Shown here one piece after another: positions 43,631-52,921 of a stretch of 64,000 bases of DNA. Position 1 is the stretch's first letter. Every line of letters begins with the position of its first letter. The translations under genes and the position numbers were made by a program. Where the stretch lies: the NCBI RefSeq assembly GCF_041886205.1, contig NZ_CP169029.1. The stretch is one strand, 5' to 3'. This DNA comes from Escherichia coli. GTDB taxonomy: Bacteria > Pseudomonadota > Gammaproteobacteria > Enterobacterales > Enterobacteriaceae. A model generated the notes under the pieces. The model worked only from the letters and a program-made list of their open reading frames with translations, was not told the origin of the DNA and did not search any database.

Positions 43631-45820
43631 TTAATCAAACAGTGATTCAATATCGTTAATCAGCTCGCTGGCGGTGATGTCGTCGAGCACGGAGAAGGGA
43701 TAAACCGATTTGCGCGGCGTCAGTTTGCACAACTGAATGTGCTCAATTTTTTGGCTATCGCTGATTTCGGTGACGGGCAATCCAACGCAGAAGCCTGGTG
43801 TCACACTCAGTTCGACGTAGCCATCATCCACAGATTTATAAAATGAGTAATAGCCGCCACCATCCAGCACATCGCCCCGTTGCCAGCCTTTATTCATCAG
43901 CCCGGCGACGCGCCCACTCGCTGCCTGGCGACCAGCCCAGCGCTGCAAATCGCTGCTGCTTTTTTCTGTCTCAGAGAGCTGAGACCAGGGGCGATCAAGT
44001 TGACTGAATGGTGGCAATAGTTCGTAGTCAGAGAACAGTTGTGCAAATTCAGCAGCCTGCGGGGCCGGGATTTCCAGTACATGCGGGATACCGATACTGC
44101 CCTGCGCAAGGGTTAACGGGTTATCCTGACCGTCGCTAAAACTGCCATCCTCCGCCACGCGGAAACAGGAAATAAGCTGATTATCAGCGTCATAAATGCC
44201 CCACATCAGACGTTGGGTGATATGACGAACCAGGGGATGCTCAACCAGAAACAGGCGGAACTGTTCTGCAGTCCAGCGGCGACGCTGACACATGGCGGCT
44301 TCCAGACGCGAAATCTGTTGTGCAGCTACCGTGCGGACATCTTTTTTCAACAACTTGTAGCGATTTACCGCTTCCTCAGCCAGCGTTTCATCATCGCTTT
44401 TGTTCGGTTTGGGCAGATCTTTCAGACGGTTGCCGGAAGCTTCGCGCACAAACGGTTTTAAGGATTCATCAAAGCTGACGGTGAACAGGCGTGGGCCGAA
44501 ATCCAGCAGTAGTGAGCCGTTATCATCCAGACCGAGATCGGGGGCTAACCGGTCTTCCATCTCTGCGACGGTGAGCTGGCGGCTTTCGGCAATCTGGGCG
44601 ATTTTAGTTCTAGCCTGATCCTGCAAGGCTTTAAATTTTAGCTTTTGCGCAATACCGTTAAGTTGCATCAGGGCGATATCGCTGCCGATAGCAGCAAGAA
44701 TATCCAGCCCGACAGTGGCGCGTTTATGCTGAGATTCCCCCGGCCATGCGCGGATGAGCGGGGTGAGTTTGCGGGCGGTGTCATCGTTACCCAGAATCCC
44801 CAGTGCGGTAAATGCCCAGTTATCTTTGGCTGACCCGCTTGCAATCTCCCAGCTCAAGAAGAGATCCCAGGCGAAATCGGCAAGAGACTGCGGGGTACAG
44901 GCCTCGATTACCTGTGTTATCCCCGGGTAAAGGGTGGCTTCGCGGGGAAAAGAGAGCATGGTGCACAGTTGCAGGATAGCTGAATCCGGAAGTGCCTTGC
45001 CGTTACTGCGCAGAAGCGGGCGGTGCCATACTTCAGGGGTACACCAGGCGGGGAGTTTAGCGATTTTCTGCGGAAAATTATCGAGGGGGTCGCTGTTAAG
45101 AACATCTAACAAACCCGTAAGCACTTCTGCCTGATTATAGCGGTGGGCAATTTCTTCCATTAACGGCTGATGCCCATGATGAGCCAGATAGCGAATTGCC
45201 GTAGCGGCGTCTTCACGCTCACTACCTGCTTTTCCCAGCACGGAAGGCAGCAGGCCCGTAATGGCATGTTCCGGATAGGTTAACAACCAACGTTCAGCAA
45301 CATCACGTACAGATTTAAGCTGACGAAAGGCGCGAGCCATTAAGGGGGCTACTTCGGTTGCGCCAAAACGTGCCGCTAAAGGAATGGCTTCCTGAGGTAC
45401 GACTAAGGCGCGACGCAGCAAGCCGGGCAATGTCGGAAGACCGTAATATTCCACTACTTCACATGCGTTAATCAGATGTAGGTGAGTCAGTGCGTTCCAT
45501 ATTTTCAGTGCTTTATTTTCTGATAACTGAAGCAATACCGACACATTGACAAGGATATGACTTGCCCACCGAGGTTTATCCCAGATCTTTAATAAAGCTT
45601 CGTAATTGTCCTGCTCGAAAAAATCAATGGCAGCCTGAGGTATACCCCAACCAAGCTCTTCGCAATGGAAGTTCAACAAATCCAGGATATCTTTCGCTGA
45701 TGGGGATGGCGCAGATGGCTCAGTCAGATTTTTTGTTGCGGGGATAGATTCAGGGGGGGAAGAGGTAATACCCGGAGAGTGAGGTTGATACCAGCAATCT
45801 TTTTCTTTTTTTCCAACCAT
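43631..45820 (-). pseudogene. C-terminal portion (729-codon ORF) of a third MolR-family gene, split by a frameshift
   Basis: Homologous to residues of about 530-1252 of the intact paralogue. Overlaps the N-terminal ORF by 97 nt in another frame. Adding one C to the C7 run at 45753-45759 fuses both ORFs into 1246 codons. Confidence 0.75.
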
Positions 45821-47370
45821 GAAGGGGCGATCAATATACTGGGTAATTCATTCTTATGAGCAATTTTTTCGATGGACATAAGCTGAGGAAAATAACTAAA
45901 TAAAATTTGTTGCTGTTTTTCGTCAAGCCAGGGAAGCGTTTTATGTAAGGCTTGCGCATTACCCAAGATGATGCGCTGCAGTAAACGATAATAGTGAGAG
46001 TTATTTGTGTAATTTAAGGCTTTTGTTAATGCATAAAGTGCAGCTTCAGGATGTAAATTTGTTGCGTGTTCCACTTCACTGATACATTCTTCTTTTATTA
46101 ATATATTAATGGCGTCAGGATGATTAACTTGTGTAATTAGATTTTTAACTGAATAACTATCCTTTATCCATGGCTGAAGAAGTGGAAGAGCTTTTACCCC
46201 TCGTTCACGCAGTAATGTCGCAGTGCATTTTTCCGCCGTCTGCCAGTCGTTATAGCGCTTAAGTTGGTTAAGATTCATCAATTCATTGAGTGCCTGCGGA
46301 TCTGTGGCAACGATATCCAACCATTCCATTTCTGGGTAATTAGCACATTGCACTAAGTCAAAGACAATTTGATTAGCAATTTCAGGTTGTTCAGGCAAAA
46401 GAAAACCTATTAAAGGGCGTTTACGTGGAGACAGGGAAGGCAACGCTTGAGTAAGCTTTTTCATGCACCGTTGCCATGTTTTTTCATCAATACGCGAGAG
46501 ATGATTTCGCAAGTGAAAATCTACAGTGCTGAAGCCGAATTCAAAACGTTGTTCTGATATTGTGTTACTTAGAATAAGCGTTGGTACGCAATTTTTTGTA
46601 AAAAAATTGTATCCCATGCGAACATACAAAAGGCATTTATCTAAAGCTTCACAATTTCCCGGATCTTGATTTTGATCATCTGATATCTGAATTTGCTGTA
46701 ATAGCAAGACTAATTCGGTCGCGTATTCTACCCCATGCTGTTGCGCCAGATAATCAAAAAGATCATTAGCGCTATCGCTATCTTGCATAAGAAACTTGAC
46801 CAGCAAAAAGAATGCATTGGAGAAAATCGAACCGTCTATATTTTTCTGCTGAACGCGCATGATTGCTTCATCCCGGCCTCGTTGCCATTCCGGGCGGCAG
46901 TCACTCACATCAAAATGCTGTAATTGTGCAAGAAAATAGTATTCCTCATATTTGTTTTCCCATAAGAGTGACCATAACGAGATATCTTTAGCAAACGTCC
47001 TGACACTGTCGGCTGGGAATTTCCTACTGCTAAATACTCTCTTTGTTTCGAGAATGATTGGTTCAAGGTCCGCAATCCACGGTGGTGTGTCGACATCAGT
47101 AATAATTGGATGTTGTTCGCTATCATCAGCTGTGGTGGGAACAGTTATCAGCATGTTTATATCGTCAGTCGATTTTACATACCCCTTCTTCACCTTCTCC
47201 GCAATCAACTTCAGCTCCGCTTTTTCCGCCGTTGCAGCATCCGCAAAACTTTTTACCTGGCTTTGCCCTTGGGTGCCAACTTTTCCCCAACTGATATGCA
47301 ACTCGTTTCCCTGTTGCTCCACCGCCCAGAATTTATGTGATTTTTCGTCCTGATAGATAAAGCGTCTCAT
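45724..47370 (-). pseudogene. N-terminal portion (548-codon ORF) of the split MolR-family gene: WGR-like domain plus an AT-rich divergent region
   Basis: N-terminus MRRFIYQDEKSHKFWAVEQQGNELHISWGKVGTQGQSQVKSF. It ends just after PSWLEKKKKIAGINLTL, which is homologous to PPWLAKKKKSTISVLDL in the intact copy. Confidence 0.75.
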
Positions 47371-47470
47371 TCTGCATCCCTGTAATTTTATCCAGTTGAA
47401 TGCAGATGCTACCAGTATTTATGCGGGTTAGAGAGAGACAAAATCGCAAGAAAACAACTTTAGGAATTTA

Positions 47471-47501
47471 TAAAGAAAAGGCGCTGTCGATGCAGCGCCT
47501 T
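47471..47501 (-). terminator. metG intrinsic terminator
   Basis: On the minus strand: aaggcgctg-catcga-cagcgcctt followed by ttctttat. It lies 10 nt after the metG stop. Confidence 0.7.
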
Positions 47502-47510
47502 GAAGGGGGA

Positions 47511-49544
47511 TTATTTCACCTGATGACCCGGTTTAGCACCGGCATCCGGGCTTAGCAGGAAGATATCTTTCCCGCCAGGACCAGCAGCCATTACCATGCC
47601 TTCGGAGATACCAAAGCGCATTTTACGCGGCGCCAGGTTAGCCACCATAATGGTGTGACGACCAATCAGAGCCTGCGGATCCGGGTAAGCAGAACGAATG
47701 CCGGAGAAAACATTACGTTTTTCACCGCCGAGATCCAGTGTCAGTCGCAGCAGTTTGTCAGAACCTTCAACAAACTCTGCATTTTCAATCAGCGCCACGC
47801 GCAGGTCAACTTTAGCGAAGTCGTCAAAGGTGATGGTTTCCTGAATCGGATCGTCTGCCAGCGGGCCAGTAACTGTCGCGGCAGCTGCTTTCACTTCTTC
47901 TTTAGAGGCTTCCACCAGTGCTTCAACCTGCTTCATATCGATGCGGTTATACAGCGCCTTGAACGGATTCACTTTGTGGCCCAGCAGCGGTTGCTGGATA
48001 CCATCCCAGGTCAGTTCCGTATTGAGGAATGCTTCTGCACGCTCGGTCAGTTTCGGCAGTACCGGCTTCAGGTAAGTCATCAGCACGCGGAACAGGTTTA
48101 TGCCCATTGAGCAAATTGCCTGCAGGTCGGCATCGCGGCCTTCCTGTTTCGCCACAACCCACGGAGCCTGTTCATCGACATAGCGGTTAGCCAGATCAGC
48201 CAGCGCCATGATTTCGCGCACGGCTTTACCAAATTCGCGGCTTTCCCACGCTTCACCAATCACTTCAGCGGCATCAGTGAAGGTTTTGTACAACTGCGGG
48301 TCAGCCAGTTCGCTTGCCAGCACACCGTCAAAACGCTTGTTGATAAAGCCCGCATTACGAGAGGCCAGGTTAACCACTTTGTTAACGATATCGGCATTCA
48401 CGCGCTGAACGAAATCTTCCAGGTTGAGATCGATATCATCAATGCGCGAAGAGAGTTTCGCAGTGTAGTAGTAACGCAGGCTGTCAGCGTCAAAATGATT
48501 CAGCCAGGTGCTGGCTTTAATAAAGGTACCGCGAGACTTAGACATCTTCGCGCCGTTCACCGTCACATAGCCATGAACAAACAGGTTGGTCGGCTTGCGG
48601 AAGTTGCTGCCTTCCAGCATTGCTGGCCAGAACAGACTGTGGAAGTAAACAATATCTTTACCGATGAAGTGGTACAGCTCGGCGGTGGAGTCTTTCTTCC
48701 AGTATTCATCGAAGCTTACGCTGTCGCCGCGCTTGTCGCACAGATTCTTGAAAGAACCCATATAGCCAATCGGCGCATCTAGCCAGACGTAGAAATATTT
48801 ACCCGGCGCGTTCGGAATTTCAAAACCGAAGTACGGCGCGTCGCGGGAGATATCCCACTGTTGCAGGCCGGATTCAAACCACTCCTGCATTTTATTTGCC
48901 ACCTGCTCCTGCAACGCACCGCTGCGGGTCCATGCCTGCAACATTTCGCTGAAAGAGGGCAGATCAAAGAAGAAGTGTTCAGAATCACGCATTACCGGCG
49001 TAGCGCCAGAAACCACCGATTTCGGCTCGATCAATTCAGTCGGGCTGTAGGTCGCGCCGCAAACTTCGCAGTTATCGCCGTATTGATCCGGGGATTTACA
49101 TTTCGGGCAGGTGCCTTTCACAAAACGGTCCGGCAGGAACATGCCTTTTTCCGGATCGTACAGCTGAGAGATGGTGCGGTTTTTAATAAAACCGTTTTCT
49201 TTCAAGCGAGTATAGATAAGCTCAGACAACTGGCGGTTCTCTTCGCTGTGCGTCGAGTGATAGTTGTCATAGCTGATGTTAAAGCCTGCGAAATCAGTCT
49301 GATGCTCCTGACTCATTTCGCCAATCATCTGCTCCGGGGTGATACCAAGCTGCTGAGCTTTCAGCATGATTGGCGTACCGTGGGCATCGTCGGCGCAGAT
49401 GAAGTTGACCTCGTGGCCGCGCATTCGCTGGTAACGGACCCAGACATCAGCCTGGATGTGCTCCAGCATATGGCCGAGGTGGATTGAGCCGTTAGCGTAC
49501 GGCAGTGCGCACGTCACCAGAATTTTCTTCGCGACTTGAGTCAT
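47511..49544 (-). CDS. metG: Methionine--tRNA ligase
   Basis: Start [25 protein letters not shown] (677 aa). HIGH-type HLGH motif, KMSKS motif, and zinc knuckles CPKC...CEVC. Confidence 0.96.
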   Translation of the reverse strand: MTQVAKKILVTCALPYANGSIHLGHMLEHIQADVWVRYQRMRGHEVNFICADDAHGTPIMLKAQQLGITPEQMIGEMSQEHQTDFAGFNISYDNYHSTHSEENRQLSELIYTRLKENGFIKNRTISQLYDPEKGMFLPDRFVKGTCPKCKSPDQYGDNCEVCGATYSPTELIEPKSVVSGATPVMRDSEHFFFDLPSFSEMLQAWTRSGALQEQVANKMQEWFESGLQQWDISRDAPYFGFEIPNAPGKYFYVWLDAPIGYMGSFKNLCDKRGDSVSFDEYWKKDSTAELYHFIGKDIVYFHSLFWPAMLEGSNFRKPTNLFVHGYVTVNGAKMSKSRGTFIKASTWLNHFDADSLRYYYTAKLSSRIDDIDLNLEDFVQRVNADIVNKVVNLASRNAGFINKRFDGVLASELADPQLYKTFTDAAEVIGEAWESREFGKAVREIMALADLANRYVDEQAPWVVAKQEGRDADLQAICSMGINLFRVLMTYLKPVLPKLTERAEAFLNTELTWDGIQQPLLGHKVNPFKALYNRIDMKQVEALVEASKEEVKAAAATVTGPLADDPIQETITFDDFAKVDLRVALIENAEFVEGSDKLLRLTLDLGGEKRNVFSGIRSAYPDPQALIGRHTIMVANLAPRKMRFGISEGMVMAAGPGGKDIFLLSPDAGAKPGHQVK

Positions 49545-49675
49545 AGTAGGCATTACTTCTTAATAGTGAAAAGGGGTTAGATAGTACCAAATGGGAAAAT
49601 GTTAAGTAAGTACTTCTCTATATTCTTCAGGTAAACTATCAGCTGATGGTTTATCTATACAAAAAAGGAGTCGGG

Positions 49676-50785
49676 ATGAACGAACAATCCCAGGCCAAAT
49701 CACCAGAAGCCTTGCGCGCAATGGTCGCCGGGACACTGGCCAATTTTCAGCACCCAACCCTGAAGCATAACCTCACCACGCTGAAAGCGTTGCACCATGT
49801 CGCCTGGATGGACGACACGTTGCATGTGGAACTGGTTATGCCATTCGTCTGGCATAGCGCGTTTGAAGAGTTAAAAGAGCAATGTAGCGCCGAACTGCTG
49901 CGTATCACCGGGGCGAAAGCTATCGACTGGAAACTGTCGCACAATATCGCCACCTTAAAACGCGTGAAGAATCAGCCGGGTATTAATGGCGTGAAGAACA
50001 TCATTGCGGTCAGTTCCGGTAAAGGCGGCGTGGGTAAATCCTCCACGGCGGTAAACCTGGCGCTGGCACTGGCGGCGGAAGGGGCGAAAGTCGGCATTCT
50101 GGACGCCGATATCTACGGCCCATCAATTCCCACCATGCTGGGCGCAGAAAATCAGCGTCCAACTTCGCCGGACGGTACCCATATGGCACCGATTATGTCT
50201 CATGGCCTGGCAACCAATTCAATTGGTTATCTGGTCACTGACGACAATGCGATGGTGTGGCGTGGACCGATGGCGAGCAAGGCGTTAATGCAGATGTTGC
50301 AGGAAACCTTGTGGCCGGATCTGGACTATCTGGTACTCGACATGCCGCCAGGAACCGGTGACATTCAGCTGACGCTGGCGCAGAACATTCCGGTGACTGG
50401 TGCGGTAGTGGTCACCACCCCGCAGGACATCGCGCTGATCGATGCGAAAAAAGGCATTGTGATGTTCGAGAAAGTCGAAGTTCCGGTGCTCGGTATTGTC
50501 GAGAACATGAGTGTGCATATTTGCAGTAACTGTGGTCACCATGAACCGATTTTCGGTACCGGTGGTGCAGAGAAACTGGCTGAAAAATACCACACACAGC
50601 TGCTGGGGCAGATGCCGTTACACATCTCCTTACGTGAGGATCTCGATAAAGGCACGCCAACGGTTATCAGCCGTCCGGAGAGCGAATTTACCGCTATCTA
50701 TCGCCAGCTGGCTGACCGCGTTGCAGCTCAGCTCTACTGGCAGGGTGAAGTCATTCCCGGCGAGATTTCCTTCCGCGCGGTCTAA
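49676..50785 (+). CDS. mrp: Fe-S cluster carrier ATPase Mrp/ApbC
   Basis: Start MNEQSQAKSPEALRAM gives 369 aa. Deviant Walker A SGKGGVGKSS and a CSNCGH motif. Confidence 0.93.
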   Translation: MNEQSQAKSPEALRAMVAGTLANFQHPTLKHNLTTLKALHHVAWMDDTLHVELVMPFVWHSAFEELKEQCSAELLRITGAKAIDWKLSHNIATLKRVKNQPGINGVKNIIAVSSGKGGVGKSSTAVNLALALAAEGAKVGILDADIYGPSIPTMLGAENQRPTSPDGTHMAPIMSHGLATNSIGYLVTDDNAMVWRGPMASKALMQMLQETLWPDLDYLVLDMPPGTGDIQLTLAQNIPVTGAVVVTTPQDIALIDAKKGIVMFEKVEVPVLGIVENMSVHICSNCGHHEPIFGTGGAEKLAEKYHTQLLGQMPLHISLREDLDKGTPTVISRPESEFTAIYRQLADRVAAQLYWQGEVIPGEISFRAV

Positions 50786-51047
50786 CGCCTATTAACCATT
50801 CTGGTTATTTTTCATACACCGCAGAGATGTTACATTGATGCGGTGTATTTGTTTTTGCCGCATTAATGAACACTTATTTAATACTGCGAATATTCTGCGG
50901 ACCTTCGTCCGAAACTCTACAAAGTCGATTGATCGTACAGGCAATGCTTCATTATCATCCTTCGTGGCTGTGTAGTGGATGTACAGCTATAGTTTGTTAT
51001 GCACTCATTCTATCCAGGCATAACCTTTACTACAGGGATAACGTTCA

Positions 51048-51329
51048 ATGAATAAGTATTGGCTGTCAGGAATTATTTTTCTTGCCTATGGATTGGCTTC
51101 TCCCGCATTCTCTTCACAGACTGCCACATTATCGATTAATGGCAGGATCAGTCCCCTAACATGCAGTATGACTATGGTTAATAGTCAACCTCAACAGCAT
51201 TGTGGTCAGTTAACGTATAATGTCGATACCCGTCATCAGGTTTCTTCGCCCGTCAAAGGTGTAAAGACAGAAGTGGTTGTTGCAGGTAGTGATAGCAAAC
51301 GTCGAATCGTGTTAAATCGATACGATTAA
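51048..51329 (+). CDS. yehE: Small secreted protein YehE (DUF2574)
   Basis: 93-aa ORF with the signal peptide MNKYWLSGIIFLAYGLASPAFS. Synteny upstream of yehD. Confidence 0.75.
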   Translation: MNKYWLSGIIFLAYGLASPAFSSQTATLSINGRISPLTCSMTMVNSQPQQHCGQLTYNVDTRHQVSSPVKGVKTEVVVAGSDSKRRIVLNRYD

Positions 51330-51360
51330 TTTGGCAACCTGATTTTAATTGCATTTAGAA

Positions 51361-51399
51361 AGCCGAAATCATTTATATAAATGATTTCGGCTTTTTTTA
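51361..51399 (+). terminator. Intrinsic terminator after yehE
   Basis: agccgaaatcattt-atat-aaatgatttcggct is a 14-bp stem followed by ttttttt. Confidence 0.8.
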
Positions 51400-51622
51400 T
51401 TGATATCAATAATACCATTTACATAAATCTACATTAATTAATAGATGCGATAAATATTTAATACTCTTAAGTATTTGTTGTATTTATATTGCATTGGTTA
51501 ATTTGTTTTAAATCAATAAAACAATATGTTTACATTGCGGCAACTTTTTTGATGTGAGAAATTTGTTTCCAAGAGATACAGACTCTTAACAACCAAAAAT
51601 AAATTTTATTAAGGAACATATT

Positions 51623-52165
51623 ATGAAACGTTCAATTATTGCTGCCGCTGTCTTTTCTTCTTTTTTTATGAGCGCTGGAGTATTTGCTGCAGACGTTGAT
51701 ACCGGAACATTAACCATTAAAGGAAATATTGCAGAATCTCCGTGTAAATTCGAAGCGGGTGGTGATTCAGTAAGTATTAATATGCCGACTGTACCAACCA
51801 CTGTCTTTGAAGGTAAAGCTAAATATTCTACCTATGATGATGCAGTCGGTGTAACCAGCAGCATGTTAAAAATTAGCTGCCCGAAAGAAGTTGCTGGTGT
51901 AAAACTCTCGTTGATTACCAACGATAAAATAACTGGTAACGATAAGGCGATAGCCAGTAGCAACGATACCGTGGGGTACTATCTCTATTTAGGTGATAAC
52001 AGCGATATCCTGGATATTTCTGCACCTTTTAACATTGAGAGTTATAAAACAGCGGAAGGTCAATATGCTATTCCGTTTAAAGCAAAATACCTGAAACTGA
52101 CAGATAACTCAGTGCAATCAGGTGATGTGTTATCTTCTCTGGTTATGCGTGTGGCGCAGGATTAA
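51623..52165 (+). CDS. yehD: Fimbrial major-subunit-like protein YehD
   Basis: 180-aa ORF. Signal peptide, conserved Cys pair, and a fimbrial C-terminal beta-strand. Long AT-rich upstream region. Confidence 0.88.
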   Translation: MKRSIIAAAVFSSFFMSAGVFAADVDTGTLTIKGNIAESPCKFEAGGDSVSINMPTVPTTVFEGKAKYSTYDDAVGVTSSMLKISCPKEVAGVKLSLITNDKITGNDKAIASSNDTVGYYLYLGDNSDILDISAPFNIESYKTAEGQYAIPFKAKYLKLTDNSVQSGDVLSSLVMRVAQD

Positions 52166-52203
52166 TAAATAAAAATTGCAAGTTTCTCCAGGTAATAAAC
52201 ATG

Positions 52204-52228
52204 GCCGCTATCCCCATGGCGGCTTTTT
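52204..52228 (+). terminator. Intra-operon terminator/attenuator between the fimbrial subunit and chaperone genes
   Basis: gccgctat-cccc-atggcggc (8-bp stem including one G-U pair) followed by ttttt. Confidence 0.6.
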
Positions 52229-52246
52229 AATTTAAGAGGCATTAAG

Positions 52247-52921
52247 ATGAAAGGATTATTATCTTTACTCATTTTTTCTATGGTCCTTCCTGCGCATGCC
52301 GGAATTGTTATCTACGGGACGCGCATTATTTACCCGGCAGAAAATAAAGAAGTGATGGTGCAGTTGATGAACCAGGGAAACCGTTCTTCGCTGCTGCAGG
52401 CGTGGATTGATGATGGCGATACGTCGTTACCACCAGAAAAAATTCAGGTTCCTTTCATGTTAACGCCACCAGTGGCAAAAATAGGGGCAAATTCCGGGCA
52501 GCAAGTAAAAATCAAAATTATGCCGAATAAACTGCCCACTAATAAAGAAAGCATTTTTTATCTGAATGTTCTGGATATTCCACCAAATAGTCCAGAACAA
52601 GAAGGTAAGAATGCACTGAAGTTTGCGATGCAAAACAAAATCAAATTGTTTTACCGGCCGGCGGGTATTGCTCCGGTAAATAAAGCGACCTTTAAAAAGT
52701 TACTGGTAAATCGCAGTGGCAATGGATTGGTGATAAAAAATGACTCAGCTAATTGGGTGACGATTTCGGATGTCAAAGCTAATAATGTCAAAGTCAATTA
52801 TGAAACTATTATGATTGCCCCCTTAGAAAGTCAGAGTGTTAATGTCAGAAGTAATAATGCAAATAACTGGTATCTGACCATTATCGATGACCACGGTAAC
52901 TATATTAGTGACAAAATTTAA
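52247..52921 (+). CDS. yehC: Periplasmic fimbrial chaperone YehC
   Basis: 224-aa ORF from MKGLLSLLIFSMVLPAHA, PapD-like. The longer upstream start cannot apply here because of an in-frame TAA. Confidence 0.88.
   Translation: MKGLLSLLIFSMVLPAHAGIVIYGTRIIYPAENKEVMVQLMNQGNRSSLLQAWIDDGDTSLPPEKIQVPFMLTPPVAKIGANSGQQVKIKIMPNKLPTNKESIFYLNVLDIPPNSPEQEGKNALKFAMQNKIKLFYRPAGIAPVNKATFKKLLVNRSGNGLVIKNDSANWVTISDVKANNVKVNYETIMIAPLESQSVNVRSNNANNWYLTIIDDHGNYISDKI

Noticed and set aside
51330-51622. Long AT-rich region upstream of yehD, checked for inverted repeats flanking an invertible promoter (a fim-like phase switch)
   Set aside because: I found no convincing flanking inverted repeats or adjacent recombinase gene. 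It is most simply an H-NS-type silenced fimbrial promoter region.
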